NCBI GenBank assembly: GCA_951406725.2
Contig: OX597818.1
Coordinates: 129,084,001 to 129,148,000, forward strand
Source of the DNA: Octopus vulgaris
Lineage: Eukaryota
Length of the DNA stretch: 64,000 nucleotides
Direction of reading: 5' to 3'
A model generated the notes under the pieces. It was not told the origin of the DNA and made no database searches. It saw only the letters and a list, made by a program, of their open reading frames with translations. How positions within the stretch are numbered: position 1 is the first letter of the stretch; each line of letters opens with the position of its first letter. A program made the position numbers and the translations under genes. Shown here piece by piece: positions 1 to 13,703 of the stretch.

Positions 1-213
1 TCTTCTGGTGTTGATCTAAGCTGCTCAAGCTGCTCACAGTAGGACTTCTTTGTTTTCATTTGGTTTGGGTTTAAAAGTTCAAAGTGGACTAAACTTTCAT
101 ATCTCACCAAACAGATAATACCGTATGTGGGTGAAGACCTTCTTTAGCCTAGGGTGCCAGTGTTTTTCCTTTCCCTACCCACTGTCTTTGGCACTTGACA
201 TTTTTATAGAGAA

Positions 214-500
214 CCTTGTGAGTGGATTTGGTAGATGGAAACTGAAAGAAGCCTGTCGTATATATGTATATATGTATATAAGTGTGTGTGTGTATGTTTG
301 TGTGTCTGTGTTTGTCCCCCTAGCATTGCTTGACAACTGATGCTGGTGTGTTTACGTCCCCGTCACTTAGCGGTTCGGCAAAAGAGACCGATAGAATAAG
401 TACTGGGCTTACAAAGAATAAGTCCCGGGGTCGATTTGCTTGACTAAAAGGCGGTGCTCCAGCATGGCCGCAGTCGAATGACTGAAACAAGTAAAAGAGA
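214..500 (+). mobile_element. tRNA-derived SINE family A, 5'-truncated copy
   Basis: Matches the body and tail of full-length copies such as 52661-53090 (ccttgtgagtggatttggtaga...gactgaaacaagtaaaagag). Confidence 0.85.
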
Positions 501-504
501 AAAC

Positions 505-1133
505 CTATTTTTTGTCAGTGAACCTATTCGGTCCAAAAAAGATTCATTTTTGAGATGTGACAGCAAAGAAGAGCACACTATCACTCTGTGCTTTATTAGA
601 CTTGGAAAGTTTGTGAGGAATCCATCGACCCAATTTGCTGACTTTCCTGATGGCAATCAGGTTTCGATGAATGGTTGAATGACAAAATCCAGGTTGCTCT
701 GCTAGTTCCTCAGCAGTTACGATGGGATTTTGTTCCATCAGGGTTTGCAGCATATCCTTATTAAGCTCTACAGATCTTCCAGGACAAGGGTCATCTACTA
801 GGCTGTTGTTTCCAGCTCAGAATTTCTGGAACCACCATTGATTCTGGCTTATGCTTATTGTCCAATCCCCATATACTGCATTAATATTCCTTGCACTTTT
901 CATTGCATTGTTACTTTTATTGAACTCATAAAGCAAAATATGCTGAACATGCTCCTTTGTCACTTCCATTATAGCTTTGAAAAAGTAACTGTTAAAATCG
1001 AACTGCACTCTTCAAAACTTCAAAAAAATTACTACCTGCTTTTATAGCAAGTTGATGTAGGTAGTTTATCATGTGCCCCTTCGACTTTTAGCTCATACAA
1101 TTAAAAAACTGCTTATTTATGGTATGACCCAAT
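505..1133 (-). mobile_element. Mariner (Tc1/mariner) remnant: 5' end and N-terminal HTH region of the transposase, disrupted
   Basis: Minus-strand peptides MEVTKEHVQHILLYEFNK...ARNINAVYGD...WFQKF and EQNPIVTAEELAE...KLGRWIPHKLS (mariner WVPHEL motif); terminus tattgggtcataccataaataag. Confidence 0.85.
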
Positions 1134-1184
1134 ACATACATACATACATACATACATACATACGTATATATATATATATATATA

Positions 1185-1447
1185 ATGGAGTAAACACATA
1201 AATGTGAAACAAGGTGGAAAAAAGAGTACTCAAATACCAGGGGTAGAGTAATATGCTTTATTTAAAAGCAGCAGAAATTCAACAAAACCTGTTACTCGGA
1301 GCTTCATGTTCCCGTTCGTTGGACAACCTGTTACTCGGAGTTTCACGTTCCCGTTCGTCGGACAGTTTTGTTAAAAACTGTCCGACGAACGGGAACGTAA
1401 AACTCCGAGTAACAGGTTTTGTTGAATTTCTGCTGCTTTTAAATAAA

Positions 1448-1449
<2 letters not shown>
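1185..1449 (-). mobile_element. Penelope-like pseudo-LTR fragment with fold-back inverted arm and three HHR-like copies (family H1)
   Basis: Inverted repeat 1256-1369 vs 1374-1448; HHR motif followed by AATAAA; flanked by (TA)n; same family at 47357-47589 and 63109-63231. Confidence 0.75.
1325..1369 (-). ncRNA. Minimal type I hammerhead ribozyme motif, U4C core
   Basis: Minus strand AAAACUGU CCGACGA ACG-GGAA-CGU GAAA CUCCGAG UA/ACAGGUU: stems I, II and III all pair. Confidence 0.75.
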
Positions 1450-1490
<41 letters not shown>

Positions 1491-1493
1491 CAT

Positions 1494-1537
<44 letters not shown>

Positions 1538-2004
1538 ACATACATACATACATACATACATACATACATACATACATACATACATACATACATACATGCA
1601 TGCATGCATGCATGTATGTATAGATACATACATATATCGGCAGTAAAATAATCAGAAGCGAATATTTATATAGATGTTCTTATTATCAACTATTTGTATT
1701 GGTTTCGATAATAATGACAATATTAATATCTATATAAATATTCTGAATATTCTGCTGCTAATTAGTACTTCTCACATTGAGGCTGTCCATATTTTGGTGC
1801 TAAGCAATTCAGGTCACCAGCAGATTTCAATGTGGTGGATTGGGAAGGTGTTTCAAAGAGTTAATATCTGCTGAAGAAGATAAGATTTTCGTATCAAACC
1901 AGAAACCAGTCCACATTTATACCTGTAGCATCCTCATTTAACATCCGCCTTCCATGCTACCATGAGTGGGATTATATATACATATATGTAAATGTAGATA
2001 TATA

Positions 2005-2042
<38 letters not shown>

Positions 2043-2149
2043 AATATATATATATATAAATATGTGTGTGTGTGTATGTGTGTGTGTAACTATATGTATG
2101 TATATATGTATCTCTCTCTCTCTCTATATATATATATATGTATATATAT

Positions 2150-2180
<31 letters not shown>

Positions 2181-2186
2181 CAAATA

Positions 2187-2227
<41 letters not shown>

Positions 2228-2263
2228 AATATATGTATGTATATGTATATATAAAATTGTATA

Positions 2264-2332
<69 letters not shown>

Positions 2333-2368
2333 AATATATGTATGTATATGTATATATACAATTGTATA

Positions 2369-2410
<42 letters not shown>

Positions 2411-2619
2411 CATACATACATACATGAATACATACATAATACATACATACATACATACATACATACATACATACATACATACATACATACATACATACAT
2501 ACATACATACATACATACATACATACATGCATGCATGTATGTATGCATGCATATATATAGATACATACATATATCAGCAATAAAATAATCAGAAGCGAAT
2601 ATTTATATAGATGTTCTTA

Positions 2620-2719
2620 CAGATCTGACTGGCCTGGTGTAGCCTTCGGGCTTGCCAGACCCCAGTTGAACCGTCCAACCCATGCTAGCATGGAAGGCGG
2701 ACGTTAAACGATGATGATA
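2620..2719 (+). mobile_element. SINE family C 3' end with (GAT)n tail
   Basis: gaaccgtccaacccatgctagcatggaa...gttaaacgatgatgat; also at about 4165-4310, 25770-25955, 33985-34170 (-), 56195-56370 and 63320-63468. Confidence 0.7.
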
Positions 2720-2791
2720 TATATATATATATATAAATTTATAAGTATAAATTAATAATTTAAATAATTTTTAAAATTTTAACTTTAAATT

Positions 2792-2843
<52 letters not shown>

Positions 2844-2939
2844 ATTTATGTACATACATTCAAACATACATACCTACATACATACATACATACATACATG
2901 TATATGTATATGTATATATGTGTGTGTGTGTGCATGTGC

Positions 2940-2972
<33 letters not shown>

Positions 2973-2980
2973 TAGAGAGC

Positions 2981-4020
2981 AAGGTTTACTGGGGAATTCA
3001 TAGGCTGACTAAGATACTCTCATGGAATGCAACCAAGATAATGTTTATTTTTCAACATAGATCCCCTTGTGTTTTACATACTTCTTTCATTGGTGTTGTA
3101 ATGCTTGGATCTCATTGGAAACAAAAGGCTTTCATCCTGTTGGTCAAAAAAGTCATCATCAGCAGATATGACATCATCATCACTGCAATGCTGTGTATCC
3201 CAGGCAAGTGGTTTTTCATATTCTGGAACAGATGATAACCAGGTGGGGCAAAATCAGAAGAATAGGAAGGGTGATCAACCTGTTCAAATCCACGGTCATG
3301 TGCAGCAACCATTGAAATGAAGGACCTGTGCACTGGGGCATTGTTCCCATGAAACAAGACCCCGATTCTGTCAGTTTTCCTGGCTGTTTAGTCTTGATAG
3401 CCTATTGGTCTTGATAGCCTCAGCAAGTTGGCATAATACTCTCCATTGATGGTGTGGCCCTTTTGGAGATAGTCAATAAACACAATGCCTTTAGTATTCC
3501 CAAACACTGAAGGCATCACATTCTCTGCAGATGGCCTTCTTTGGAGGAGGAGTGTTTTCACTGCATGGATTGTCCCTTTGTTTCTGGCTCAAAGTGATAA
3601 ACACCACACTCATCCTGGACTTGGAAACTTTCAATAAAACCAATAGGTTCTGCCTCAAAGAATGTCAGATTTTCTTGTGATTTGATCAGCCTGGTGTGCT
3701 TTTGATCAGGTGTCAGAAGATATGGCACACACTGAACAGAAACATTAATCATCCCAAGTTCATTGTTCAGAATATTCTCAACTCACTCATGAGATATGCT
3801 AACAGCATTGGCTATTTGATTTATGGTCAATCGCCTGTCATCCATTAGCATGTGGTGAACACAATCAATGTCTTCTTTGTTGGTGGCAGTTGTAGGACAT
3901 CCAGATGCTGGCTTCTCTTCAACATTCTCTCTTCTCCTCTTAAACTCCACTGCCCACTTTTGCACTGTTGGTAAAGCTGGAGCATCATCCCCTAATATAG
4001 CACTATGTCAGCATGAATGT
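2981..4020 (-). mobile_element. Degenerate mariner transposase pseudogene
   Basis: Minus-strand fragments QKWAVEFKRRRENVEE..SGCP, CVPYLLTPDQK, DECGVYHFEPETK and FHGNNAPVH...DHPSYSSDFAPPGYHLF (YSPDLAP motif). Confidence 0.85.
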
Positions 4021-4324
4021 CCCAGTGTCTAAAGTGGGAATTGAACCCATGATCTTATAATCATGAGCACAATAACCTAGCTACTAAGCCACATGCCTTC
4101 ACTCATGCCTGGGAAGTGAACTTCTTGAGCACACAGCTAAGTTGATACCTATGTATAGGTACCACGTTGGTGTTAGGAAGGTCATCCATCCATGGAAACC
4201 ATGCCAAAGCAGACAGTAGATCTTGGTAAATTCCCCTGGCTTGCTGGCTCCTGTCAAACTGACCAACAGAATCCAGCATAGAAAATAAACATTAAATGAT
4301 GCTGCTGATGTTGATATATATACT

Positions 4325-4615
4325 CAACTCTGTTGGTCATTAATGACCATGGGTGCACCTAAGAGGTTCCCCTCCGGGGTATAAGTCTGGCCAGAAAGTC
4401 ACCTCACTAGTGAACACAACCTCAGGTTGATCTTGTGGAAGACCAGCAGTCACCCATGCATATCATCCCCCCTCTCCACACCACCAATGTTATCCAAGGG
4501 AAAGGCAAAGGCCAATACAGCTTGGCACCAATGATGTCACAACTCATTTCTACAGCTGAGTGAACTGGAGCAATGTGAAATAAAGAGTCTTGCTCAAGAA
4601 CACAACATGCAACCT
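4325..4615 (-). mobile_element. Probable CORE-type SINE fragment
   Basis: Minus strand gttgtgttcttgagcaagactctttatttcacattgctccagttcactcagctg is shared with SINE family D (18325-18580). Confidence 0.55.
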
Positions 4616-4658
4616 GGTGTGTGTATGTGTGTGTGTGTGTTTAGGTGCACACATTTAA

Positions 4659-4890
4659 GGTGGCGAGCTGGCAGAACCGTTAGCATGCCGGGCGAAATGC
4701 GTAGCCGTATTTCGTCTGCTATTGCGTTCTGAGTTCAAATTCTGCCGAGGTCAACTTTGCCTTTCATCCTTTTGGGGTCGATTAAATAAGTACCAGTTAT
4801 GCACTGGGGTCGATGTAATCGACTTAATACCTATGTCTGTCCTTGTTTGTCCACTCTAAGTTTAGCTACTTGTGGGTAATAAATAAATAG
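4659..4890 (+). mobile_element. SINE family B (tRNA head plus Meta/MESC-like central domain)
   Basis: A-box-like gagctggcagaa, B box gagttcaaattc, central gcctttcatccttt.ggggtcgat.aaataagtaccag; flanking duplication gtgtttaggtgcaca. Confidence 0.85.
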
Positions 4891-5518
4891 GTGTTTAGGT
4901 GCACAAACAAACAAAAGAAAAGAGCACTCAATACATGATGGAGAGTTTATATTTATAGACTAAAATTTTGGTTATTCACTCCATTATTACTCAGAGAATC
5001 ACATACATGAATTACACACGTGATCAATCAGACAATACTACATAAATAATGAAGTTAACAATAGTATTTCAACAGTCCATTGAGACTTTCATCTGCTTTT
5101 ATTTATCCAGCAAAAGACAGATCAAAATAAAGAATGATTTTCTTGCTCTTTGTGTTTCTGTCCTGATAGCAAATTCCAATAACATGGTTCTGGGTTCAGT
5201 CTCACTCTGTGGCACCTTGGGGAAGTGTCTTCTACTAAAGTCTTGGGTCAACCAAAACCGTGTGAGTGGATTTTGTTGATGAAAACTGAAAGACAGTTGT
5301 ATATATGTGTGTGTGTCTGTCCCCCCCCCACTGACTGACAATCGGTGTTGGTGTGTTTACAATCCCATAGCTTAATGACTCACCAAAAGAGACTGTTATC
5401 ATAATACCAGGCTTAAAAAAAATAGACAAAGGTTTGTGGTTTATTCATTCAACTGAAAACTCTTCAAGGCAGTGCCCCAGCATGGCCATAGTTTACTAAC
5501 TGAAACAAGTGAAAGATA

Positions 5519-5938
5519 AGTGGCTGTGTGGTAAGTAGCTTGCTTACCAACCACATGGTTCCGGGTTCAGTTTCACTGCGTGGCACCTTGGGCAAGTGTC
5601 TTCTACTATAGCCTCGGGCCGACCAATGCCTTGTGAGTGGATTTGGTAGACGGAAACTGAAAGAATCTTGTCGTATATATGTATATGTCGTATATATATG
5701 TATATGTATATATATGTGTGTCTGTGTTTGTCCCCCACCAACATCGCTTGACAACCGATGCTGGTGTGTTTACGTCCCTGTAACTAAGTGGTTCGGCAAA
5801 AGAGACCAATCGAATAAGTACTAGGCTTACAAAAAATAAGTCTTGGGGTCGATTTGCACGACTAAAGGCGGTGCTCCAGCATGGCTGCAGTCAAATGACT
5901 GAAACAAGTAAAAGAGTAAAAGAGTAAAAAGCGTAAGA
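5519..5938 (+). mobile_element. SINE family A, near full length; a degenerate copy precedes it at about 5180-5517
   Basis: A box tggctgtgtgg, B box ggttcagtttc, internal microsatellite, (GTAAAAGA)n tail. Confidence 0.9.
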
Positions 5939-6575
5939 GTATACATACATACGTACATACATACATACATACATACGTACATACATACATACATACACAC
6001 ATACATACATACATACATACATACATACATACATACATACATACGTACATACATACATACATACATACATACATACATGCATACATGTACATGCACACAG
6101 TCACATACTGAGAGGAACTGTGTCTATTTTTGTTTCTTCTGATAGACAGCTGCACATCTATCTACAGTCATGACATTATTGAATAACAAATAGTAAAATG
6201 GTACTTAATGATAAGTGTAAATAAGATAATAAAACCAGCAACAGAAACATCATTTTCACTGCAAATGAAGATATATATAAACTCACATGCAGTGCAAAAA
6301 GTATGTAAGTATACATACATTATGCACACACACACACACACACACGTATATGTATATTTACATGCATATATGTGTGTGTATGTGTGTGAACATGTGTGCA
6401 TATGTGTGTGTGTGTGCATGTGTGTATGTATATATATACATGTATATATATAAATATGCATGTATATATGTGTGTGTTTATATATATATGACTATATTTA
6501 TATATGTATGTCTATAACACACATACAAATATACTGTTGTATACATACATACATATGTATGTGCGTGTATATATA

Positions 6576-6619
<44 letters not shown>

Positions 6620-6738
6620 TGAAAAACACACTCATATATATAAGAGTGTATGTATATGTGTGTGTATATTTATGTATATATGTGTGTATATATATAAATA
6701 TGTAAATATAGATACACATATATAAGCATATATGTATG

Positions 6739-6782
<44 letters not shown>

Positions 6783-7621
6783 TGAGTGTGTGTGTGTGGG
6801 TGTGTGCATGCATCTATACACATGCATATACCTGTATATGTATCCACAAACTAATGAGTTTCTGACAATTACTTTTATTCTTTTGCATTGCAAAATATCT
6901 TTTTTTTATTTTTGTTTCTGTTTTTCTTTCTTTTTTTTTTTGTTTTTAGTACTCTTAATCAAACCCATGCTATATTAATCCTCAGATGTATATCTTGTGA
7001 TTTCTTTTCATTTTTCGTAAATTTTATATATTTTTAAATAGAAAATACCATCATATCCTTTATGAAAGAAGTTTCACAAAGATTTTTGGGAGAAATAAGT
7101 AAAAATCGTCATTGAAACTAAATCTATTTTTGGAAATGAATGGAAACCCAAAGACAGGAGGAAAAAAAAACTAACAAACAAACAAAAATAGCAAAAAGCA
7201 AAACAACTCACTCCCCTCAAAAAATAAAACATAAACAACAGTAACAAATATATATAAAATTCATTAAAAATAATTAAAGACAAAACAATGGTTTAGTTCA
7301 GTTTCGATTAGTTAAGTTTAAGTCAGTGTTGTTGGTTATTTATATATAATTCATTAGGTTTTTGATTATATTTTTTTCCTTTTTATAAGTTTGTTGTGTT
7401 GTTTTTCATGTTTTTATGTTGCTTTCTTGAACATTCTACAAAGTCAAGCAGAAACAAAGGTATGAGAAAAGCCAGGTATGAGAAAGAGTGATTCCACCAT
7501 GCATGTCATTGTGTAACGGAATCATCTATTTTTGTGCAGAAATTGGTAATGAGACGCTTGTCATTTTAAAGAGTGTGTGTATGTGTGTGTTTATACATAC
7601 ATACATACATGCATGCATACA

Positions 7622-7655
<34 letters not shown>

Positions 7656-7751
7656 AGTATGTATATAGATAGTGAATATATGTGTATATGGGTATATATA
7701 TATAATATATATATATATACATATGTAAATACACATACACACATATACATA

Positions 7752-7799
<48 letters not shown>

Positions 7800-7873
7800 G
7801 TAAATACACACACACGTATACACACACATATATATATTTATATATAAATATATACATATATATATGTATACAT

Positions 7874-7923
<50 letters not shown>

Positions 7924-7972
7924 TATATACTTATATATAAATATATACATATATATGCATATATACATATAA

Positions 7973-8003
<31 letters not shown>

Positions 8004-8107
8004 ATATATATTTATTTATACACATTCTTACTGGATTGCTTGAAGGCGTCTGCATAGAATCTATAAAGTCGGCAGAGAGAGAGAGGGAGAGAGAAAGAAA
8101 GAAACCT

Positions 8108-8138
<31 letters not shown>

Positions 8139-9345
8139 TAGGGAGGAAAAAAAAAACTGAATTACCACATCGAAATTTACCTGAATGCCGTAGGACAGTC
8201 TGTGAGCAATCTTCACAGCAAAGAACATGGCTTATCACGAATCTCTGTGACTTGCAGGAAAAATTTTTCATTCTATTTATTATACTCTATCTATTTATCA
8301 ATCTATTTATTTTTTCCTCTCTTTACTTCTCTCCCCCTCTCTCTCCATCTCTTGCTTCCTCCGTCTCTTTCTACTTTCACTTTCTCTCAAATGCTATAAT
8401 GCCATGGTGCACACATGAAAGACTGCATAATTGCGAATAATCTACATTGACGTTTGTAGATATCATCGAAGATAAGTTTCTCATTCAACACGCGGGTGAA
8501 AAAGGAAAAGGGAAATTTTGCCGTTGATTATTTTATGTTATGTTTTGTCTGTTGTTTTGTTGCTTTAGTTTTGTGTGTATATGTTTTCATTAGTTTCCAT
8601 ATTTTTACACTTTTTTTTTTTATTTTAATTCTTTAATTCAGGAAATAGACTTTAAGTCGATATATATATTTTCAACAAAAGTTTCCTACAATGCTATCTT
8701 AATTTTCATGGAGTCAGTTGAAGAATGAACAATTTGAAAAAGGATGCATTGACAACAAAAGATAACCTGATATCGATAAGCTACATTCAGTTCGAAGTAA
8801 GATATATTCTTTCTCGATATTGCTTCATCATTCAAGACAACTTTACGCATCTCATTGATGAGCTATTGTTGTAGAAGAAGGGGAGGTAACTGAAACCTTA
8901 CAAAACTTTTGGCAGATGCCAGAATAAAAAATAAATAATAAATAAATAAGTAAATAAGGAAGAAGGAAAAGAGGTTTCCAAAACAAAACAAAACTTCATG
9001 AGAACATTACAAGTACATAGACGCATGAACACGTACATATAATTCACATTTAATATATGGTAATTGTACACGTATCTCTTTTACCGAAGCTTTAACATAA
9101 TGCGTTGAATGTTTATATCTAGATAGAGAGATTTCTAGATTGGTTGGATAGATGAACTGGTGGATAGATATAGAGATAGGTAGAAGTAGAGTGATAAACA
9201 GAATGGTAAGAAGCTTGCTTCCCAACCACATGGATCTCAGTTCAGTTCCACTGCGTGGCACCTTTAGCAAGTGTCTTCTACTATAGCCTCAGGCCAACCA
9301 AAGCCTTGTGAGTGGATTTGGTAGATGGAAACCGAAAGAAGCCAA

Positions 9346-9452
<107 letters not shown>

Positions 9453-9503
9453 ATCTATCTATCTATCTATCTATATATATATATATATCTATATATATCT
9501 ATA

Positions 9504-9544
<41 letters not shown>

Positions 9545-9597
9545 ATCTATATATATATATATATCTATATCTATATATATATATATATATATATATA

Positions 9598-9737
9598 CAT
9601 GCCAGAAGGAGTGTTTGTCCAGGATAGGACTACACAGCCACAGCAGGAAATGTATCAGGACATGAAATATAAAAGCCGGACTAGACTACTTTATGCGCAA
9701 CTCCATTGTCTCTCGAGACAGAAAGGATGCCAACCAA
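9598..9737 (+). mobile_element. RTE-clade LINE extreme 3' fragment
   Basis: Peptide [19 protein letters not shown] resembles the RTE C-terminal C2H2-like motif; short 3' UTR follows. Confidence 0.65.
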
Positions 9738-10480
9738 TATACATATATATATATGCTTTTTATGTGCCACCTGCACAGGGGCCAGGCAAGGCTGGCAACG
9801 GCTACGATCGGTTGGTGCTTTTTAAATATATATGTACAAGTATATCTTTTTGGAATAAGATCTCAAAGTACACATAAAACTATAAATAAAAGCATGTAAA
9901 TATTAGTTTGGAAAACTTTTTGGGACAGAAAAATCCCGAATGCTGCCTGTGAGATGACAGAAGCAGGTTCAAATCCACAAGAATTTTTTCAACCTAATAT
10001 TTACATGCTATTATAGTTTGCGCATGCTTTGAGACCCACTGTTCCACAAAGAATTTTTTCGCATTTCATATTCTCTCTGAGTTAAGAAATTTTTATGATG
10101 TCAACAACAACAACAACACACACACACATCAAATCTTGAATCAAGGTGCTCAGAAATCTAAAGAGGATTCTATACTAGTTTGCTTTATACAGGATGTAAA
10201 CATCAATCATTTGAAGCTCAGTGTTTCGAGTAAAGTGGAAATATATATATTTAATGTATCATTTATCGTTTATATTTTATGTCTTACTTGTTTCAGTCAT
10301 TAGACTGTTGGTCATGCTGGAGCACTGCCTTGAGGAATTTTAGTTGACTGAATCGACCCCACTACTTTTTAAAAAATGTGGTACTTATTTTATGGGTCCC
10401 TTTTGCTGAACATACCAACATTGGTTGCAAAATGATGGTGGGGGACAAACACAGGCACAAACACACACACACATGCACGT

Positions 10481-10515
<35 letters not shown>

Positions 10516-10662
10516 CACGCATGCATACACACACATACACACACACAAACACACACACACACACACACAAACACACATGCACACACATACACACACACAC
10601 ACATACACACACACACACACAATGGGTTTCTTCCAGTTCTGTTAATCAAGGCTATAGTAGAA

Positions 10663-10949
10663 CAATGCTTCTCAAACTATTTGATGTTGGATACTGGCAG
10701 TTTTTTTTTCCCAATATGCCAGGGACCGATACTATTTCTTAGTAATATTAATTTATATCAGAATCAATATATATAATGAATATAATAAAAGTTGGCAATT
10801 TTAAAAATCTTATATTTACTTTGTAAATAAATAACAGAATGTTACATAAGCATTTTATAATGTTTCTTTTCTGGAAACTTGCCATGTACTAGCAGCTGAT
10901 GGCTCGCAGACTGGCACCAGTCCACGGACCACCACTTTGAGTACCACTG
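10663..10949. mobile_element. hAT-type MITE inserted into a minus-strand SINE A
   Basis: TIRs caatgcttctcaaa / tttgagtaccactg; 8-bp TSD tagtagaa / cagtagaa; SINE A sequence resumes on both sides. Confidence 0.8.
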
Positions 10950-11033
10950 CAGTAGAAGACACTTGCCCAAGGTACCATGCAGTGGGACTGAACCCAGAAT
11001 CATGTGGTTGGGAAAAATCTGCATATATGTACA

Positions 11034-11071
<38 letters not shown>

Positions 11072-11072
<1 letters not shown>

Positions 11073-11389
11073 GAGTGGCTGTGTGGTAAGTAGCTTGCTA
11101 ACCAACCACAAAGTGGATTTGGTAGACAGAAACTGAAAGAAGCCTGTCGTATATATGTATATATATATATGTGTGTGTGTGTGTATTTGTGTGTCTGTGT
11201 TTGTCCCCCTAGCATTTCTTGGTGTGTTTACGTCCCCGTCACTTAGCGATTCAGCAAAAGAGACCGATAGAATAAGTACTGGGCTTACAAAGAATAAGTC
11301 CCTTGGTCGATTTGCTCGACTAAAGGCGGTGCTCCAGCATGGCTGCAGTCAAATGACTGAAACAAGTAAAAGAGTAAAAGAGTAAAAGA

Positions 11390-11390
<1 letters not shown>
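11072..11390 (+). mobile_element. SINE family A, internally deleted
   Basis: Head gagtggctgtgtggtaagtagc; tail (GTAAAAGA)3. Confidence 0.85.
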
Positions 11391-11434
<44 letters not shown>

Positions 11435-11895
11435 TATAAATATTTGTTTTTATGTATAGTTGTATATAAAAATAGTCAAACATTAACGGAAGGATCGTTC
11501 AGTATGTATTTAGGCTGGGTATCATCTTTATATCATCAACTGAACCAAAACTTCGGAGTTACTTTTTCTTTGAGAGAGAGTGTGATAAAAAAGTGGATAT
11601 ATAGACAGTTATATGAATAGCTAGATAAGTGTAAATAGACAAATAAATATTTATAGAGAGACAAATGTTTATAGAGAGACAAATGTTGATAGACAAAGCA
11701 GTATTTCAATGTATAGATACAGAAGCAAATGAATATGATCAAAGGCATTGCAGCTGTGATCATCCAATCTTTTTAGGGGACTACTTTATCCAGAAGTCTT
11801 TTAACAAGCTTAGCTAGGGGAAAAAGAGAGTCCAAAGTCTCTCAGTCAGGTTTGAACATTTATCTGTATTCATAGACCTGGACAAGGTATATGTT

Positions 11896-12122
11896 TTTTT
11901 TCTTTACTACCCACAAGGGGCTAAACACAGAGAGGACAAACAAGGATAGACAAAGGGATTAAGTCGATCACATCGACCCCAGTGCGTAACTGGTACTTAA
12001 TTTATCGACTCCGAAAGGATGAAAGGCAAAGTTGACCTCGGCGAAATTTGAACTCGGAACGTAACGACAGACGAAATACTGCTACGCATTTCACCCGGCG
12101 TGCAAACGTTTCTGCCAACTCG
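11896..12122 (-). mobile_element. SINE family B
   Basis: Reverse complement of the family B consensus; TSD gacaaggtatatg on both sides. Confidence 0.85.
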
Positions 12123-12626
12123 ACAAGGTATATGGTGTAATAGGCAGTTACCTATGAATGCAAGTCTTTTGTCTCCATGCCACTAACATTGTTCAAAGGG
12201 AAGGTCATTACTCTAGGACCAATGAAACATGGGACCAATGTTATTTCAAACACTGCTGTCAGAATGTAAAAAAAAAAACAGATGAGGTACAGCAGGGCTT
12301 CTCTTCAAAATACTTTTATAATTCTACCAATCCACCATTCTGGATTAGTGCCCATGCTTTGATCTCAATCCTGAGAGACTGATAGAATAAGTACTAGGCT
12401 TGCAGAGAGTAAGTCCTAGGCTTGATTTCTTCAACTAAAACTGTTTAAGGCGGTGCTCCAGCATAGCCACAGTCAAATAACTGAAACAAATAAAATAATA
12501 GTCTGCTAATACACTTCTTATTTCTTTAAAAAAGGTCTCTCTTTATAATTTAGAACATGGCTTAAATTTTCCAAATTTTATTGGCAGGTTTAGAGTTTCT
12601 TTTTCCTAAACAATAATAAATTAAAC

Positions 12627-12662
<36 letters not shown>

Positions 12663-12883
12663 TATACACATGGTATTGTCTTATCCAGTAATGAAACTGT
12701 TGTTTTTTGGTTTCTGTGTACTGGCAAAGAGAAATCTTTTCTAACAATAGTGTAGAAAACGAATTTCTCATTAAAATTTGGGAAAAAAAAAGTTTTTTTA
12801 GATAAAATAATAAATCTTTAAATGAAGAAAAGAAACAAAATAACATCACCACCACTATGACTACAATTAGTAGTAATAGACAC

Positions 12884-12948
<65 letters not shown>

Positions 12949-13703
12949 TAATAATAATAATAAATGAAATTCCACTCAAGTATTAATCTAAGTGAAGAGT
13001 CATTTGATAATTTTCACCAATTTATCAATTAATTAGCTTGCTTCTGCAGGAGTCATTCTGTTTCATATTGCATACCAAGAAGACATTCTTCAGTGTTGTA
13101 GCATTGTCCTGTAGAATAATTGATGGATGGTCTAAGAGATCAGTTTTTACCAAAATCTCTAGGAATTTCGTTTAGCAAAGCAAATATACTGACATTTAAA
13201 AAAAAATGAATAATAATAAATAAATAAAAATAATAATGGAGAATTGAAAATACACAAACACAAAGATGAGAACAAAACAACTCTAGTAATATAAAACTAC
13301 AATAGAAGGAACCATCAAACCAATAAAGTAACTTTTAGTACTCCAGCATGGCCAGAAATGGCACCCCCTCCCCACACCTCAATACTAAACTAAACAATAA
13401 GATGGCTGTTGCTTTTGAACATAAAACATGTTTATATGCTTTGTTCCATACAGAATGTGAGCGTGCATGGCCTAGTGGGTAGGGCATTGCACACACAATT
13501 GTGAGATGGGGATTTCAATTCTGGGCTAGGTAACGCTTTGTATTCTTAAGCAAAACACTTCATTTTATGCTGTACTGTGATCTCTTCAACATCTTATATG
13601 CAGAACATGGTGCACCTGTACTGGCAAGGTTGATTTGATAGAGGGAGTGAGCTAACATTCAGTACAAGCATTTGATTATTATAAACAAATCATCTGCACA
13701 GAT

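Noticed and set aside
1972-2580. Long ORFs such as poly-(IY), (MYVC)n and (HT)n here and throughout the ORF track
   Set aside because: Translations of (TA)n, (TACA)n and (CA)n microsatellites that lack stop codons
11470-11570. Possible decayed HHR (GUUCAG/CUGAAC stem followed by AAAACUUCGGAGUU)
   Set aside because: Both core segments are mutated; cannot be supported without a consensus
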